DNA from: Gemmatimonadaceae bacterium
Lineage (GTDB): Bacteria > Gemmatimonadota > Gemmatimonadetes > Gemmatimonadales > Gemmatimonadaceae
Reading direction: 5' to 3'
DNA length: 64,000 nt
Assembly: GCA_045803545.1 (NCBI GenBank)
Contig: JBJMOW010000005.1
Coordinates: forward strand, 896,001-960,000
The position numbers were made by a program, and so were the translations under genes. This document shows, one piece after another, positions 36,701-46,509 of the stretch. Positions within the stretch are counted from its first letter, which is position 1. Every line of letters starts with the position of its first letter. The notes beneath the pieces are model-generated. The model had not been told where the DNA came from and did no database searches. It was given only the letters and a program-made list of their open reading frames with translations.

Positions 36701-37488
36701 GTAGCGTCAGTGAACTGAAGTATTCTTGGGTCGAAGGTGAGGTAACCGTCGCGTCGTTGATAGAGCCGATCGCCGGGACCCAGTTGCACATCCACGTTAG
36801 TTCCCGAGAATCCGCCTCGAGTTACATCGTAAGTCGCACCGGTTACACGTGTCTCCGTGTGGGCGGCGCGCGGAATCACGCTCGCCGACATGCCGGTCCC
36901 GTTCAGCGTGTTCAGATTTGATTCAGATCCCGAGCCCAGGATGCTAGGACCTGTGCCGGTGACGGTGACGTTCGACATCGTGCCGGCAACGGCGTTGAGA
37001 TCTCCAGCGGTCGTCGGCGGGACCTGGCCGCTCACGCCGTTCTGCCATGACTCGGAGGAGCCAGGCTCCGGCTGTTGCGGGTGAATATCGATGTCGGCTC
37101 GCACCGGTTTGCGCCCTTCGATACGAACCGCGTCGAGACTGACAACGGGCGCGGGGTGCAGTACAAAATTCGCGACCAGCTCACGCTCGTCGGCTTGTCT
37201 TTGAACTCTCCGGCGAGCGGAGATGGATCCCGTCGCCGCTACGTAAACGAGATAGTCGCCGGTACCCTTGTCAAAGCGAACGCGATAATTGCCCGAGCTG
37301 TCGGTGCTAGTCTGCTGGATTGCGCGGTCGGGGCCGCGCGTGATCACGACAGTTGCGACGATTGCGCGCGAGGAATCGTCTGTGACGCGGCCGCGAAGTA
37401 CGTCGGCCGAATCCTGGCTCCGTGCTGCGCTTGAGAACGCGGAAAGAAAAAGGACGCCCGGTATCAGCGTTCTAACGAATCGCGGCAT
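33787..37488 (-). CDS. Carboxypeptidase-regulatory-domain TonB-dependent-receptor-like (Oar-type) outer membrane protein
   Basis: Signal peptide, LRGRVTDDSS..STDSSGNY, YDVTRGGFSG, VSPRVGF, SGLPFTP..GDVNGDG; start placed at ATG 37488. Confidence 0.8.
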   Translation of the reverse strand: MPRFVRTLIPGVLFLSAFSSAARSQDSADVLRGRVTDDSSRAIVATVVITRGPDRAIQQTSTDSSGNYRVRFDKGTGDYLVYVAATGSISARRRVQRQADERELVANFVLHPAPVVSLDAVRIEGRKPVRADIDIHPQQPEPGSSESWQNGVSGQVPPTTAGDLNAVAGTMSNVTVTGTGPSILGSGSESNLNTLNGTGMSASVIPRAAHTETRVTGATYDVTRGGFSGTNVDVQLGPGDRLYQRRDGYLTFDPRILQFTDATGRALGAPSGGARGSFGANGELIRQAMTYNVAVDVAKSLSDPSTLLNADDQALLNAGVEPDSVSRLLAFATPLGLPVGGSNVPRSRVHDAITWLGRFDDTRDSLQTRALTTYAGFTRDGAVGFGPLAAPSTASEIRERNLGAQLTFGAYMGAGHRTLNETRLALSGVRTTTSPYQTLPGATVLVRSDNLGDGTDVTSLTLGGGSLPTTENRWTLEAGNLTAWNAHGRTHRFRGLLWGRVDGLREEGFGNALGNYTFNSIDDFIAGNASTFSRTLTAPPREGTVWNAATALAHTFGATRYFNVQYGARVEADGFGTAPPRNTALEQALGVRTGAAPSRVHVSPRVGFTFTYNRDKDNGQGTMQNQTGRYYRYMSGTLRGGIGEFRDLLRPGILADASAATGLNNGSTFLNCVGAAVPQPDWAQFAADMSAIPSQCVSGNGTLSDLTPAATLIDPSYDVPRSWRASLDWNTSMHGVLYRVGTLASYDLSQPGLFDANFNGVPRMSLADEAGRPVFVSASSIDANSGAVSPVESRRSNQYGSVGVRVSDLRGYGGQLNLAIAPDVFKFRGGASFFGSLAYTLQSSKRQYRGFDGAAFGDPRLREWAPSSSDARHIFVLTTAFSTDKTGTVTLFGRAQSGLPFTPIVQGDVNGDGRSGDRAFIPDPASTSDTELGNQLRALLNSGSSSARDCVRENLGRVVPRNSCRGPWTQSLNIQWTPPIPGKWRNRVTPSVYFQNVLAGLDQAFHGDNLRGWGSPASPNPVLLTPRSFDVANGRFNYDVNPRFADTRPGHSLLRTPFRIVIDFRLSLSTDFDLQQLRRAVEPVKSSLGWQRRSADSLSAFYLSNTSDVYKLILEQTDSLFLTRTQVTALSRADSAFSVQVRALFRPLGDYLARGAGAAGKAELDTAKATDKLYWKVFWVQPDTVALILTPAQLELMPMVKSMIATTKKDREHSQWSFGHPITFADKPRPAQP

Positions 37489-37631
37489 CACCCAGTCCCG
37501 TACGGGTCGGAAATCGAATTGTTTCGCGCGAACGTAGTCGCGCGCACTCACAATTTGACGGGATTTCCGGGAAAAGGGTTGACTACTGATCCCGGTGAAG
37601 GGTCAGGCCATCCCCTGGGTATCGCCGAGGG

Positions 37632-38108
37632 TCAGGCGAAACGCGGATGCAATGCCGATTGGTTGCGCGCCGGGAAATGCACGATCTCGAGCTCGAACCT
37701 TACTGGATGCCTCAGCCATTCCTCGGCGTCACCACGACTCTGAAACGCGCGCACCGTGACGCTCCCCTGATCGGTCATGGCTTCGATCATCCGCGCTTTG
37801 CCGAAGTCGGACGCGTTGTGTGTCACGATCGCCCACGCATGATTGCCAACCTGATCCGCGAGAACCTGCAGAAAGTAGACTGCGTCGCGCAGGTACTCGA
37901 CGTCGGCAGTGTTGGGAGTGCCGGGTTTGCGATCCCAAATGAAGTTCATTCCTGCTTCAAATGCGGAATCAGCGACCGCGCGCTCGACGACTTCACGCAG
38001 CTGCGTGAGAGTCGGAAAATCGTCCCAGTACAGCGAGACGAGTCGGCGGCCAGCGTCGATGGTATAGACGGGATCCATGACGATCCTTGGATGTTTGTAA
38101 CCGTACAT
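37632..38108 (-). CDS. Hypothetical protein (SpoIIAA-like)
   Basis: FIWDR...WAIV....FGKARM...VRAFQSRGDAEEWL pattern. Confidence 0.65.
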   Translation of the reverse strand: MYGYKHPRIVMDPVYTIDAGRRLVSLYWDDFPTLTQLREVVERAVADSAFEAGMNFIWDRKPGTPNTADVEYLRDAVYFLQVLADQVGNHAWAIVTHNASDFGKARMIEAMTDQGSVTVRAFQSRGDAEEWLRHPVRFELEIVHFPARNQSALHPRFA

Positions 38109-38207
38109 GGCAAGATGTCCGCCAGATCAGATGTTGCATTTGCGACATTTCGGGCGTTTTCCTGCTCGTTGGTCGAAGCAAGATGTGACTTTTTCTATCG
38201 ATGCCAG

Positions 38208-39554
38208 TTACGTCAGCGCCCGCTTCACCGCTTTGGCAGCTGCTCTCCCGCTACCGATAGCTCCGTTCACCGTGCCATTCCGGCCTTTGGCGTCTGCCGC
38301 TTCGCCAGCGAACCAGAGAGTGCCTTGGATCCCACGCGCAAGTTGCGCGGCCGCGTTCATGCCGCCGACCATCGAATAGCTGTAAGCGCCGCGGGCAAAC
38401 GGGTCCATGTTCCAGTCATGGGTCCACATCTCCACGACCTGCGATTCCACTCGACGCGTGCTGACACGAAGGTTTCTTGCGAGCGCTGCGATGGCCCGAT
38501 CTCTCTTCTCTTCGTACGGCTTCCCCGCGAGTCGCAACGCCGCTGGACCACCTGCCCAACCGACCATCGCCGGCAGATGCGCGGGATAGAGCGTCCACCA
38601 AACCGGATAGTCCTCTGAATCTCCGTAGAGAAAACTGAGATTCTCCAGCGATCCACCCTTGGGCATCGATGGCAATTTCTCAGTCCACCACCGCTCACGG
38701 AAAAGAAACACTGCGCGCTGCACTGACCCGGTCGTGAGCCTGCCGTGCATTTTCTCCAGAATGGGGGGCATCGGGTCGAACGCGATCGGGCCAGACTCAC
38801 CAGGCGGGCAGAAAACCACCGCCAGTGGCGCAGTAACGATCGCTGCACGCGCATTCACAACTACGGAGCGTCGGGCGCGGTCACGCGCCGAGATCGAGAC
38901 GCGGTGCTGCTCCCATTCGATGGACTCGACGATAGTCTCGGTCAGGATTTGTGACTCCTGACCACTCGCGAGCCAGCGCGTTACTCCGTCGTAGCCTCCA
39001 GGAATGCGCATGATGCGCTGTTCCTCCGGATCCTCACTCGGCGCGCCTCCGTCAGCGAGCGCCTTGGCGCTGATCTTCCGCGGCTGCGCCGCGTGGAATC
39101 CCTCGACGAACTGTTTCGCGAGGGTCCTTGCTTCACCCGCGCTTTTCCCACCCGGCTCGCGCTCGAGAAATTCCTCGAACGATTCGTCGGATCCGGATTC
39201 GGGGAGATAGCGCATTACCTTGTGCAGCTCTCTCCAATAATCGGCTGCCTTTGCGAGCCTTTTGCCGCGCGGACGCCACCGGTCGCCTTCGATAATGAAC
39301 GGAGTGAGACCGGCTTCATCGGCTAGATCGACCAGCTCCGGAGCGCTGCCATGAATGAACTCCGCTCCGAGCTCGATACCGTGCGGCAGGCGCTCGTCGT
39401 GCAGTGTGTACATGCGGCCGCCGATGCGATCGCGTCCCTCGAGCACGCACGCACTAAGGCCGGCATCCGTGAGCGCCCGCAATGCTGCGAGACCGGCCAC
39501 ACCGGCACCGACGATTGCCACATCGACGTTGACGGGCCGATCGCTGTCAATCAC
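38208..39554 (-). CDS. Flavin-containing amine oxidase
   Basis: VAIVGAGVAGLAA, EGRDRIGGR, ELGAEFIHG, FARGAYS, FAGEA, GTVNGAIGSG. Confidence 0.92.
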   Translation of the reverse strand: MIDSDRPVNVDVAIVGAGVAGLAALRALTDAGLSACVLEGRDRIGGRMYTLHDERLPHGIELGAEFIHGSAPELVDLADEAGLTPFIIEGDRWRPRGKRLAKAADYWRELHKVMRYLPESGSDESFEEFLEREPGGKSAGEARTLAKQFVEGFHAAQPRKISAKALADGGAPSEDPEEQRIMRIPGGYDGVTRWLASGQESQILTETIVESIEWEQHRVSISARDRARRSVVVNARAAIVTAPLAVVFCPPGESGPIAFDPMPPILEKMHGRLTTGSVQRAVFLFRERWWTEKLPSMPKGGSLENLSFLYGDSEDYPVWWTLYPAHLPAMVGWAGGPAALRLAGKPYEEKRDRAIAALARNLRVSTRRVESQVVEMWTHDWNMDPFARGAYSYSMVGGMNAAAQLARGIQGTLWFAGEAADAKGRNGTVNGAIGSGRAAAKAVKRALT

Positions 39555-41089
39555 TTCTGGCCATCCGGCAGATACGCCCGCACCGTATCGATGGTATCAG
39601 CTTCCGATGGGTTCTTGTCCGGACGATAGCCTTTGACGCGCGCGAAGCGCAGCGCGACGCCGCCCGGGTAGTGCGGACTCTTCTGCACTTCGTTGAACGC
39701 GATCTCGACCACCAGCTCCGGCCTGACGTGCACGATGTGCCCCTCCCGCCTCACTTCACGCGCCTGGAATTCCTTTGTCTGCCACTCGAGAATCTCGTCG
39801 GTCATACCTTTGAACGTCTTGCCGAGCATGACGAAGCCGCCCGTAACGGGATCGCGTGCGCCGAGGTGAATGTTGCTTAGCCAGCCTTGACGCCTGCCGG
39901 ATCCCCATTCGACCGCCAGCACGACGAGATCGAGCGTGCGCGCAGTTTTGACTTTGATCCACGCCGATCCACGCCGGCCCGCCGCGTACGGCGCTGACAC
40001 GGACTTCACCATCACGCCCTCGTGCCCGCGGGCGAGTGCTTCGGACTGGAAGCTCTGACCTTCCTCTACCGACGCTGTCACGATGCGTGGCACCCTGAAT
40101 TCGTTTCCGGAGATCTGGTCGAGCCGCTCGATACGCTGCGACAAGGGATGATCGATCAGACTTTCGCCGTCGTGCAGCAGCAGGTCGAAGAAGAACGGAG
40201 TAAGCGGGAGCTCGTCGCGCAACTTCTCGACATTGATTCGTCGTCCAAAGCGGCGCATGGTGTCCTGGAACGAGGCCGGTCTGCCATCCGCCCCAAGCGA
40301 GATCACTTCGCCATCCAGAATCAGCTCGCGCCCACCCAACCGCTTGACCGCTGCGACGACCTCAGGAACTGCGTTGGTGACTTCGTTCAGGTTGCGGGTG
40401 TAGACCGCGACCTGGTCATCCCGTCGGTGCACCTGGATACGCGCGCCGTCGAGCTTCCATTCGACGGCGAATGGTCCGCCCTCACTGAACGCTTCTTCAA
40501 TGTTCGACGCGGAATCAGCGAGCATCGGCTGTACGGGCCGGAACACTTCGAGCTGATACTGCGCGAGCAGGGCTTCGCGATCTTCGCCGAGCGCGGCCTG
40601 CGCGACTGTCGCCAGATCGCCGGCCATCATCGCCGCGCGCCGGATCTTGTGTGACTGCATCCCACTCGCCTTGGCGACAGCCTCGAGCATCACACCCTCG
40701 AGTGCTCCCTGTCTGACTTCGCCGACCAGCAGGCCGCCCAGAAAAACCTGCTCTTCCTCAGTCGCGCGCGCGAAAAGCTCGCCGAGTATTCGCGCTCGCT
40801 CCGCTCCCGAATTCTTGCCGCGAACTTTGGTTAGCGCGGACAAGACGCTGTCGACATCCGTCAGCTCCAGACCCGGCGAAGTTGCGGGAGTTCCTCGCGC
40901 CGAGGAAATCGTCGACCACCCAACGCCAACCTTGCCCTGCCTCGGCCAGCCAATCAGGAATCCGACGGCGATCGGAACTTCGTCAGTCGAAAGGCGCGAC
41001 AGCAGCCCGGCGAGCTTCGAAATTTTTTCGAGGCGGCCGGACGTCGCAGCGACCGAGGCTGACACCTCCACCAGCTCCGCGAGCTTCAT
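39551..41089 (-). CDS. ATP-dependent DNA ligase (LigB-like)
   Basis: PMLA, EWKLDGAR (KxDG), ILDGE, EGVMVK, WIKVK, ALRFAR. Confidence 0.95.
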   Translation of the reverse strand: MKLAELVEVSASVAATSGRLEKISKLAGLLSRLSTDEVPIAVGFLIGWPRQGKVGVGWSTISSARGTPATSPGLELTDVDSVLSALTKVRGKNSGAERARILGELFARATEEEQVFLGGLLVGEVRQGALEGVMLEAVAKASGMQSHKIRRAAMMAGDLATVAQAALGEDREALLAQYQLEVFRPVQPMLADSASNIEEAFSEGGPFAVEWKLDGARIQVHRRDDQVAVYTRNLNEVTNAVPEVVAAVKRLGGRELILDGEVISLGADGRPASFQDTMRRFGRRINVEKLRDELPLTPFFFDLLLHDGESLIDHPLSQRIERLDQISGNEFRVPRIVTASVEEGQSFQSEALARGHEGVMVKSVSAPYAAGRRGSAWIKVKTARTLDLVVLAVEWGSGRRQGWLSNIHLGARDPVTGGFVMLGKTFKGMTDEILEWQTKEFQAREVRREGHIVHVRPELVVEIAFNEVQKSPHYPGGVALRFARVKGYRPDKNPSEADTIDTVRAYLPDGQK

Positions 41090-41428
41090 CTATTTCGGCC
41101 GCCACTGATAAGTCGCCAGCGGAATACGGCCGCGCGCATCGAAGCGAATGCCTTCCCGCTCGAGCAGTCTTCGCTGCCACGTGCCGTTCTCGCCCGGAAT
41201 GCTAATTTCGCCCTTGGCGTTGACGACGCGTTGCCACGGCACTGAAGAGCCGGTCGGCAGCGCGTGCATCGCGTAACCAATCAGCCGTGCCTGACCGGGC
41301 AGGCCGGCAAGTCGCGCGATCTGGCCGTAGGTGGCGACGCGTCCCTTCGGGATGCGCTCGACAACCTGGTGGATGCGTTGATGCAGCCCCGGTTCAGACT
41401 CGTCGGTGTTGTGAATGAGTGTGCTCAT
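41090..41428 (-). CDS. Alkyltransferase-like (ATL) O6-alkylguanine DNA-binding protein
   Basis: IPKGRVATYGQIA, ARLIG, PWQRVVNAKG (Trp in place of catalytic Cys), QRRLLEREG. Confidence 0.88.
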   Translation of the reverse strand: MSTLIHNTDESEPGLHQRIHQVVERIPKGRVATYGQIARLAGLPGQARLIGYAMHALPTGSSVPWQRVVNAKGEISIPGENGTWQRRLLEREGIRFDARGRIPLATYQWRPK

Positions 41429-42141
41429 TTCTGGTCGGTGAATGCGCCACTCGATTTCCCGCGCGGAAGTTCCGACACCGCCCAGGCGCAGAGTGATTTG
41501 TCGGCGTACGATCCGCCTTCCTCGTCGCACTCTTCCACGATCGTGAGCAGCGGCTTGGGAAATAGGAACGGGGCCGCCTCAAAGTCGAGCGGCCGCCAAT
41601 CGCCATCATCGACATCCTTGTTCTCACCGCGACCTGGAAACGCGGTCATCAGGATGTAGCGGATATTTGCCCGGCACACGTTCTCCACCACCCGCGCGAT
41701 GTTCGCATAAGAAAGATGGACGAGACAATCGCGACAAAGCAGCACGTCGGCGTCTGGCAACACGTCGCTGGTGAGATCGAGCTCAATGAACTCGCGCCCC
41801 CCGCGCGCATAATCCTGTCGATTGGACTCGACGATCGAGCGAACGATGTCAGCGCCGATATACTCGATCCCCGACAGATCGACGTGGTCCATCCAGGCAA
41901 AATCCCCACACGGGGCGTCCAGCAAAACTCGGGTGTCGAGCTCGCGCAGCGCGTCGGGCAGTTTCTCGCGCAGCACACGAGTCGAGTCGAGGCTCGAGCC
42001 GGTCCCCGAACGAGTCTCCGGGTCGGACCAGAGATTGGTGTGATAGATCCGCTCGAACCGCGCTTGCAGTCCGAGCTTCGACAGTTCCTGTCGCTGCTCC
42101 GCAAATCGCCGCTCGGCGATGGTGATCGCTCGCTTCCGCAT
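41425..42141 (-). CDS. Class I SAM-dependent methyltransferase
   Basis: SGTGS, LLDAPCGDFAW, YIGADIV, LLCRDCLVHLS. Confidence 0.85.
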   Translation of the reverse strand: MRKRAITIAERRFAEQRQELSKLGLQARFERIYHTNLWSDPETRSGTGSSLDSTRVLREKLPDALRELDTRVLLDAPCGDFAWMDHVDLSGIEYIGADIVRSIVESNRQDYARGGREFIELDLTSDVLPDADVLLCRDCLVHLSYANIARVVENVCRANIRYILMTAFPGRGENKDVDDGDWRPLDFEAAPFLFPKPLLTIVEECDEEGGSYADKSLCAWAVSELPRGKSSGAFTDQK

Positions 42142-42202
42142 ACTATATAAAGGTAGCAAAGGCGGTTGACGGCCCGCCCGTCGGGAATCAAACTCGTGCT
42201 CC

Positions 42203-43111
42203 ATGAAAGTTTGCGTACTCGGCGCCGGGGCAATCGGGGCGTACTACGGTGGCCAGCTCGCCCGCGCTGGACACGACGTCATTCTTTACGCGCGCGGGGA
42301 TAATCTCGTGGCAATCGCGACGCGCGGACTCCAGATCAAAAATCCCGACGGATCGTCGACCGTACAGATCAGCGCAACCGACGACGTGCGCGAGCTCGGC
42401 GAACCAGATTTTGCGATACTTGGAGTCAAAAGCTATTCGCTCGTCCCAATCGCACCCGTCGTGAAGCAGATCGCCGAGACGGGCGCGACGATTGTCCCAT
42501 TCCTCAACGGTGTCGAGACCACCGACCGGCTCGTCCAGCTCGGCGTGCCGAGCGAAGCGGTGATTGGTGGTGTTACACGCATCAGCGTTGCCCGCGTCGC
42601 CCCGGGAGTCGTCGAGCGACGCGGTGCCTTTCAAAGCGTTATTGTCGGCGAGCGCGACGGCAGCACGAGCGACCGTGTCTCACGCATCGCCGCCGCATTC
42701 CGTGACGCAGGAGTCGACGCGCGCGCGTCCGATCAGATCACCACCGAGCTCTGGAAGAAATTCGTTTTCATCGCCTCGATGGCGGCGGCGTGCGGACTTG
42801 CGCGCAGTCCGATTGGCCCGGTGCGCGAAATTCCGTTTGGCCGCCGTTTGCTGGAGCGAGCGGTGCGGGAGGTGCTCGACGTCGCCAGTGCACGGGGTAT
42901 TGTCCTCGCCAAGGACGAATTCGCGCAGGTCGTAGGAGCAATCGACGCACTGCCGCCTGGTACCAAGCCAAGTTTCTTGCTCGACGTCGAGGCGGGCGGT
43001 CAAACTGAGCTCGACGTTTTGAGCGGTGCCGTCTCTCGCTACGCCGAACCCGCGCACGTGAGCACTCCGGTGCACGACACGGCCACTGCCGTCTTCAGTG
43101 TGAAGCGATGA
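42203..43111 (+). CDS. panE: 2-dehydropantoate 2-reductase
   Basis: VLGAGAIG, GVKSY, FLNGV, LWKKF, PSFLLD, TELD. Confidence 0.88.
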   Translation: MKVCVLGAGAIGAYYGGQLARAGHDVILYARGDNLVAIATRGLQIKNPDGSSTVQISATDDVRELGEPDFAILGVKSYSLVPIAPVVKQIAETGATIVPFLNGVETTDRLVQLGVPSEAVIGGVTRISVARVAPGVVERRGAFQSVIVGERDGSTSDRVSRIAAAFRDAGVDARASDQITTELWKKFVFIASMAAACGLARSPIGPVREIPFGRRLLERAVREVLDVASARGIVLAKDEFAQVVGAIDALPPGTKPSFLLDVEAGGQTELDVLSGAVSRYAEPAHVSTPVHDTATAVFSVKR

Positions 43112-45464
43112 TCGTGATGGGTATCATCGCGGTCGGCTGACGTCGCACCGCAAAAGTCCCCTGCTTCGTCCGATGGTCGGTGCAGGCATCGACGTATTCG
43201 AGCTCACCGATCAGATCGCGACCGTCATTCGCAGGTGTGCCATGCATCTGCATCGTCCCCGAGCAATTCTGCGCGGGATAAGTCCAGCTTACATCGACAA
43301 CTACGCTGTCAGCGTCCACGCGTCCAGTTCCCTGCCCAATGACCCGGGGGTTCGACGTTTCGAACCTCACGTTTGCAGCCGTTCCCGATACGATCAGGTC
43401 CAACGAGAACGGCAGGCGACTGCGATCGAGGGTGATGTGTCCGCTATAGTGTCCCGACGCTACAGCGTGCTCATTCAGAACCGGTTTGACCCGATCGCGC
43501 AGCGCGAACGCGACGATGTAATCCCCGGCCTTATCTCGAAATTCGCGGTGGCCACCCGCTGCGACGACCACGTACTGGTCGCCGGCCGCAGTGACATACG
43601 TCATCGGCGAGCCATGAACACCTGCCGGCAATCGCGCCGACCAAAGCTCAGCGCCGGTCTGAATGTCGTAGGCGTGCAGGCTCTGATCGAAGGTGCCGCC
43701 GCCAAAGATCAAACCTCCGGCAGTGATCATCGCGCCACCGAGGTTGGGCGATCCCCACTGTTCACTCCCCGGAACCGCGGCAAGATGCGCCATCCGGCCG
43801 TACGGTTTTTCCCAGAGTGTCGTACCGGACTGCAGATCGATTGCCGTTAGCACTCCCCACGGCGGCGGATTGCACGGCGCGCCGTCGGGACTGATCAAGT
43901 GAGTGCGATGCATCGCGTACGGTGTTCCCTGCTGCGTCGCGAACTCGTCGAATCGCGTTCCACTGTTACCTTGTTGCACGGCTGCGCGCGGAACCAGACC
44001 GGCAACGGTGATTAGTCTGTTCGATGGGATGATCGCCACGCGACGAATGGGATCGACGGCGACGCCGCTCCAGTTCGAGCCGCCGATATTGCCGGGGAAA
44101 ATCACCGTGCCTCTGACCGAAGGCGGTGTGAAGATTCCTTCCGAACGAGTGCCACTGAGCTGCTCCTTGCACCACGCGCGGCCCTTGTCAGTCAGCGCAA
44201 AAATCGTTGTATCGGACCGCGTCGGGCCGAGCGGTTTTGGCAGACTTGGCAGCGGCTGGGTCGGCCACGCCTCCTCGCCCGCCACATCGCTGCGAGGTAC
44301 CGGTTGCTCGTCGACGCGAAACAGCGGCTCACCGGTGAGCCGATTGAGCACGAACACGTATCCCATCTTCGTTGTCTGCACGAGCGCCGGAATCCTCGCG
44401 CCGTTGCGCTGCAAATCGATCAGCGCGGGCTGAGCCGGGATGTCGTAATCCCACAGATCATGGTGCACGACCTGGTAATGCCAGAGCACTTTTCCAGTCG
44501 ACGCGCGCAGTGCGACGATGGAATTGGCGAAGTCGTTGCGGCCGAGTCGCTCACCGCCGTAGAAATCGGGACTCGCGCTGCCGGTCGGCACGAAGATCAT
44601 GTCGCGCACCGGATCAGCGCTGATCGTCGCCCACGCGTTGGCCGCACCGGTTTGATGCGCGGCTAATCCACGCCACGTCGCGTATTCGGGCGTCGACGGA
44701 TCATTCGGAACCGGGTCCCACGACCAGCGTCTGGCGCCGGTGCGCGCGTCGAACGCCTGCACCACTCCCGCCGGCGCGTTAGCGCGCCGGTTGTCCGCGA
44801 CTGTCGCCCCTACGATTACGAGATCAGCGATGATCGCCGGGGCTGACGTGACACCAAACTCACCCCTGTATTCCGGCGTGTTGCGAATGCCCGCGGTGAG
44901 ATCGACCTGCCCGTTCGCGCCAAAGTCGGAGCACCGCCTGCCGTCGCGCGCGTCGAGCGCGATGAGGCGAGCATCGAGGGTGGCCACAAAAATCCGGCGA
45001 CGACACGGAACGTTGACCGCCCGCGTGTGATCGAGCCACGTCGAAACACCGCGATTCGTCGGATCACCATAGCCGCGCGACAGATCGAGCTCTGCGTCAA
45101 ACGACCAAAGCTCGGCGCCGGTGGCAGGGTTCAGCGCGCGCACTCCGCCGAACGGCGTCGACGCGTATAACACACCCTCGACGAACAGCGGTGTCGTTTC
45201 ATCGCGCACCATACCGTCTCCGCGCGCAAAATCCCCGGTGCGATAGGTCCATATCGGCACGAGATCGCGCACGTTGGCGGTAGTGACCTGGGCCGCGGGC
45301 GAATACTTGGTGCCACCAGCATCCCGCCCGTACGCGGTCCATTCGACTGCCGCTCCAACGCTGGTTACTCCGGCCGAGGCAAAAGCAGCCGTCGACACCT
45401 GCGAGCAGCCGATGCTCGTTGCGCATCCGACTGCCAACACCAGGTGGCGATATGAAGGGATCAT
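43095..45464 (-). CDS. PQQ-dependent dehydrogenase (glucose/quinate/shikimate family) with lipoprotein-like signal and C-terminal extra domain
   Basis: WTAYGRD, ETTPL, PDFYGGER, HHDLWDYDIPAQP, PPWG, PMTY, VVAAGGH. Confidence 0.9.
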   Translation of the reverse strand: MIPSYRHLVLAVGCATSIGCSQVSTAAFASAGVTSVGAAVEWTAYGRDAGGTKYSPAAQVTTANVRDLVPIWTYRTGDFARGDGMVRDETTPLFVEGVLYASTPFGGVRALNPATGAELWSFDAELDLSRGYGDPTNRGVSTWLDHTRAVNVPCRRRIFVATLDARLIALDARDGRRCSDFGANGQVDLTAGIRNTPEYRGEFGVTSAPAIIADLVIVGATVADNRRANAPAGVVQAFDARTGARRWSWDPVPNDPSTPEYATWRGLAAHQTGAANAWATISADPVRDMIFVPTGSASPDFYGGERLGRNDFANSIVALRASTGKVLWHYQVVHHDLWDYDIPAQPALIDLQRNGARIPALVQTTKMGYVFVLNRLTGEPLFRVDEQPVPRSDVAGEEAWPTQPLPSLPKPLGPTRSDTTIFALTDKGRAWCKEQLSGTRSEGIFTPPSVRGTVIFPGNIGGSNWSGVAVDPIRRVAIIPSNRLITVAGLVPRAAVQQGNSGTRFDEFATQQGTPYAMHRTHLISPDGAPCNPPPWGVLTAIDLQSGTTLWEKPYGRMAHLAAVPGSEQWGSPNLGGAMITAGGLIFGGGTFDQSLHAYDIQTGAELWSARLPAGVHGSPMTYVTAAGDQYVVVAAGGHREFRDKAGDYIVAFALRDRVKPVLNEHAVASGHYSGHITLDRSRLPFSLDLIVSGTAANVRFETSNPRVIGQGTGRVDADSVVVDVSWTYPAQNCSGTMQMHGTPANDGRDLIGELEYVDACTDHRTKQGTFAVRRQPTAMIPITIIASH

Positions 45465-46447
45465 ACACTCGCTCCCGAGCCGAACCGGCTGCGGTAATTG
45501 CTGGGCGACACACCAAATCTGCGCTCAAACGCGCGCCGAAACACGTCCGAGCTGGCATAGCCGACCGAGCGCGCCACCGCGTCGATGCTCACCCGCCGTC
45601 GCGATTCACCGAGTCGCCGTTGCGCTTCGCCAAGCCGAGCGTGCTCGACGAACGCGGCCGGAGTCGTGCCCAGCTCTTCCCTGAACGCCCGCGCGAACTG
45701 ACGCACGCTGAGGAAGGTCCGTTCGGCGAGCGCTTCGACAGAGAGGTCGTCCCGCAAATGCGAATGAATCCACGCCGCCAGATCCTTGAACCTGTCAATG
45801 GTCGCCGACTGGAACTCGAGCGGCTCGGAGAACTGGTTCTGGCCGCCGTCTCGCTTCACGTAGACCACCATCTCGCGCGCCACGGCCAGCGACGCGCTGG
45901 GGCCGAAGTCTTCCTCGATCAGCGCCAGTGCGAGATCGATTCCGGCGCTGACGCCGGCTGACGTGTAGAACTTTCCGGATTTCAGAAACAGCGCATCTGC
46001 CTGCATATCGAGTCGTGGGAATTTCTCGACGACATCCTTGGCCGCACTCCAGTGCGTAGTGACCGGCAGCCCATCCAGCAGTCCGCTCGGCGCGACTCCA
46101 TAGATCCCGGTGCACACGCTGGCGATGCGACGGATCGACGGCGCGCGCTCGGCGAGCCAGCTGGCGCACCGCTCACCGAGTCCATTCCGCCTCAATCCCG
46201 CGCCACCCGGCACGATCACGGTGTCAAACGCAAAAGAAGTGTCCAGGCCCACGTGTGCCGACATCCGTACGCCGCAGCTAGTGGTGAACGCGCGGCGATG
46301 CAGACCGATGATGGTGACGTCATACGGTCGTGCACCGAAGCCGGGCATGGTATCGAATGCGTCCGATCCAAAGGCGTCCGCGGGTCCAATGAGGTCAAGT
46401 GCCTGGACCTCGTCGAAGCCAAAGAAGCCGATGCGCATTCTCTCCAT
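45461..46447 (-). CDS. GlxA-family AraC regulator (DJ-1/PfpI plus HTH)
   Basis: ASVCTG, TTHW, TSAGVSAGIDLAL, RDGGQNQFS, C-terminal AraC HTH. Confidence 0.92.
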   Translation of the reverse strand: MERMRIGFFGFDEVQALDLIGPADAFGSDAFDTMPGFGARPYDVTIIGLHRRAFTTSCGVRMSAHVGLDTSFAFDTVIVPGGAGLRRNGLGERCASWLAERAPSIRRIASVCTGIYGVAPSGLLDGLPVTTHWSAAKDVVEKFPRLDMQADALFLKSGKFYTSAGVSAGIDLALALIEEDFGPSASLAVAREMVVYVKRDGGQNQFSEPLEFQSATIDRFKDLAAWIHSHLRDDLSVEALAERTFLSVRQFARAFREELGTTPAAFVEHARLGEAQRRLGESRRRVSIDAVARSVGYASSDVFRRAFERRFGVSPSNYRSRFGSGASV

Positions 46448-46509
46448 GAGAGTAAGGTCCGACAAACGGACGATGTCCGCAACGACATACTTCCGATGTT
46501 TTCGGCCGT

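Noticed and set aside
37599..37637. Direct repeat AGGGTCAGGC x2
   Set aside because: Only 10 bp, one copy overlaps a CDS end, and nothing mobile lies between them
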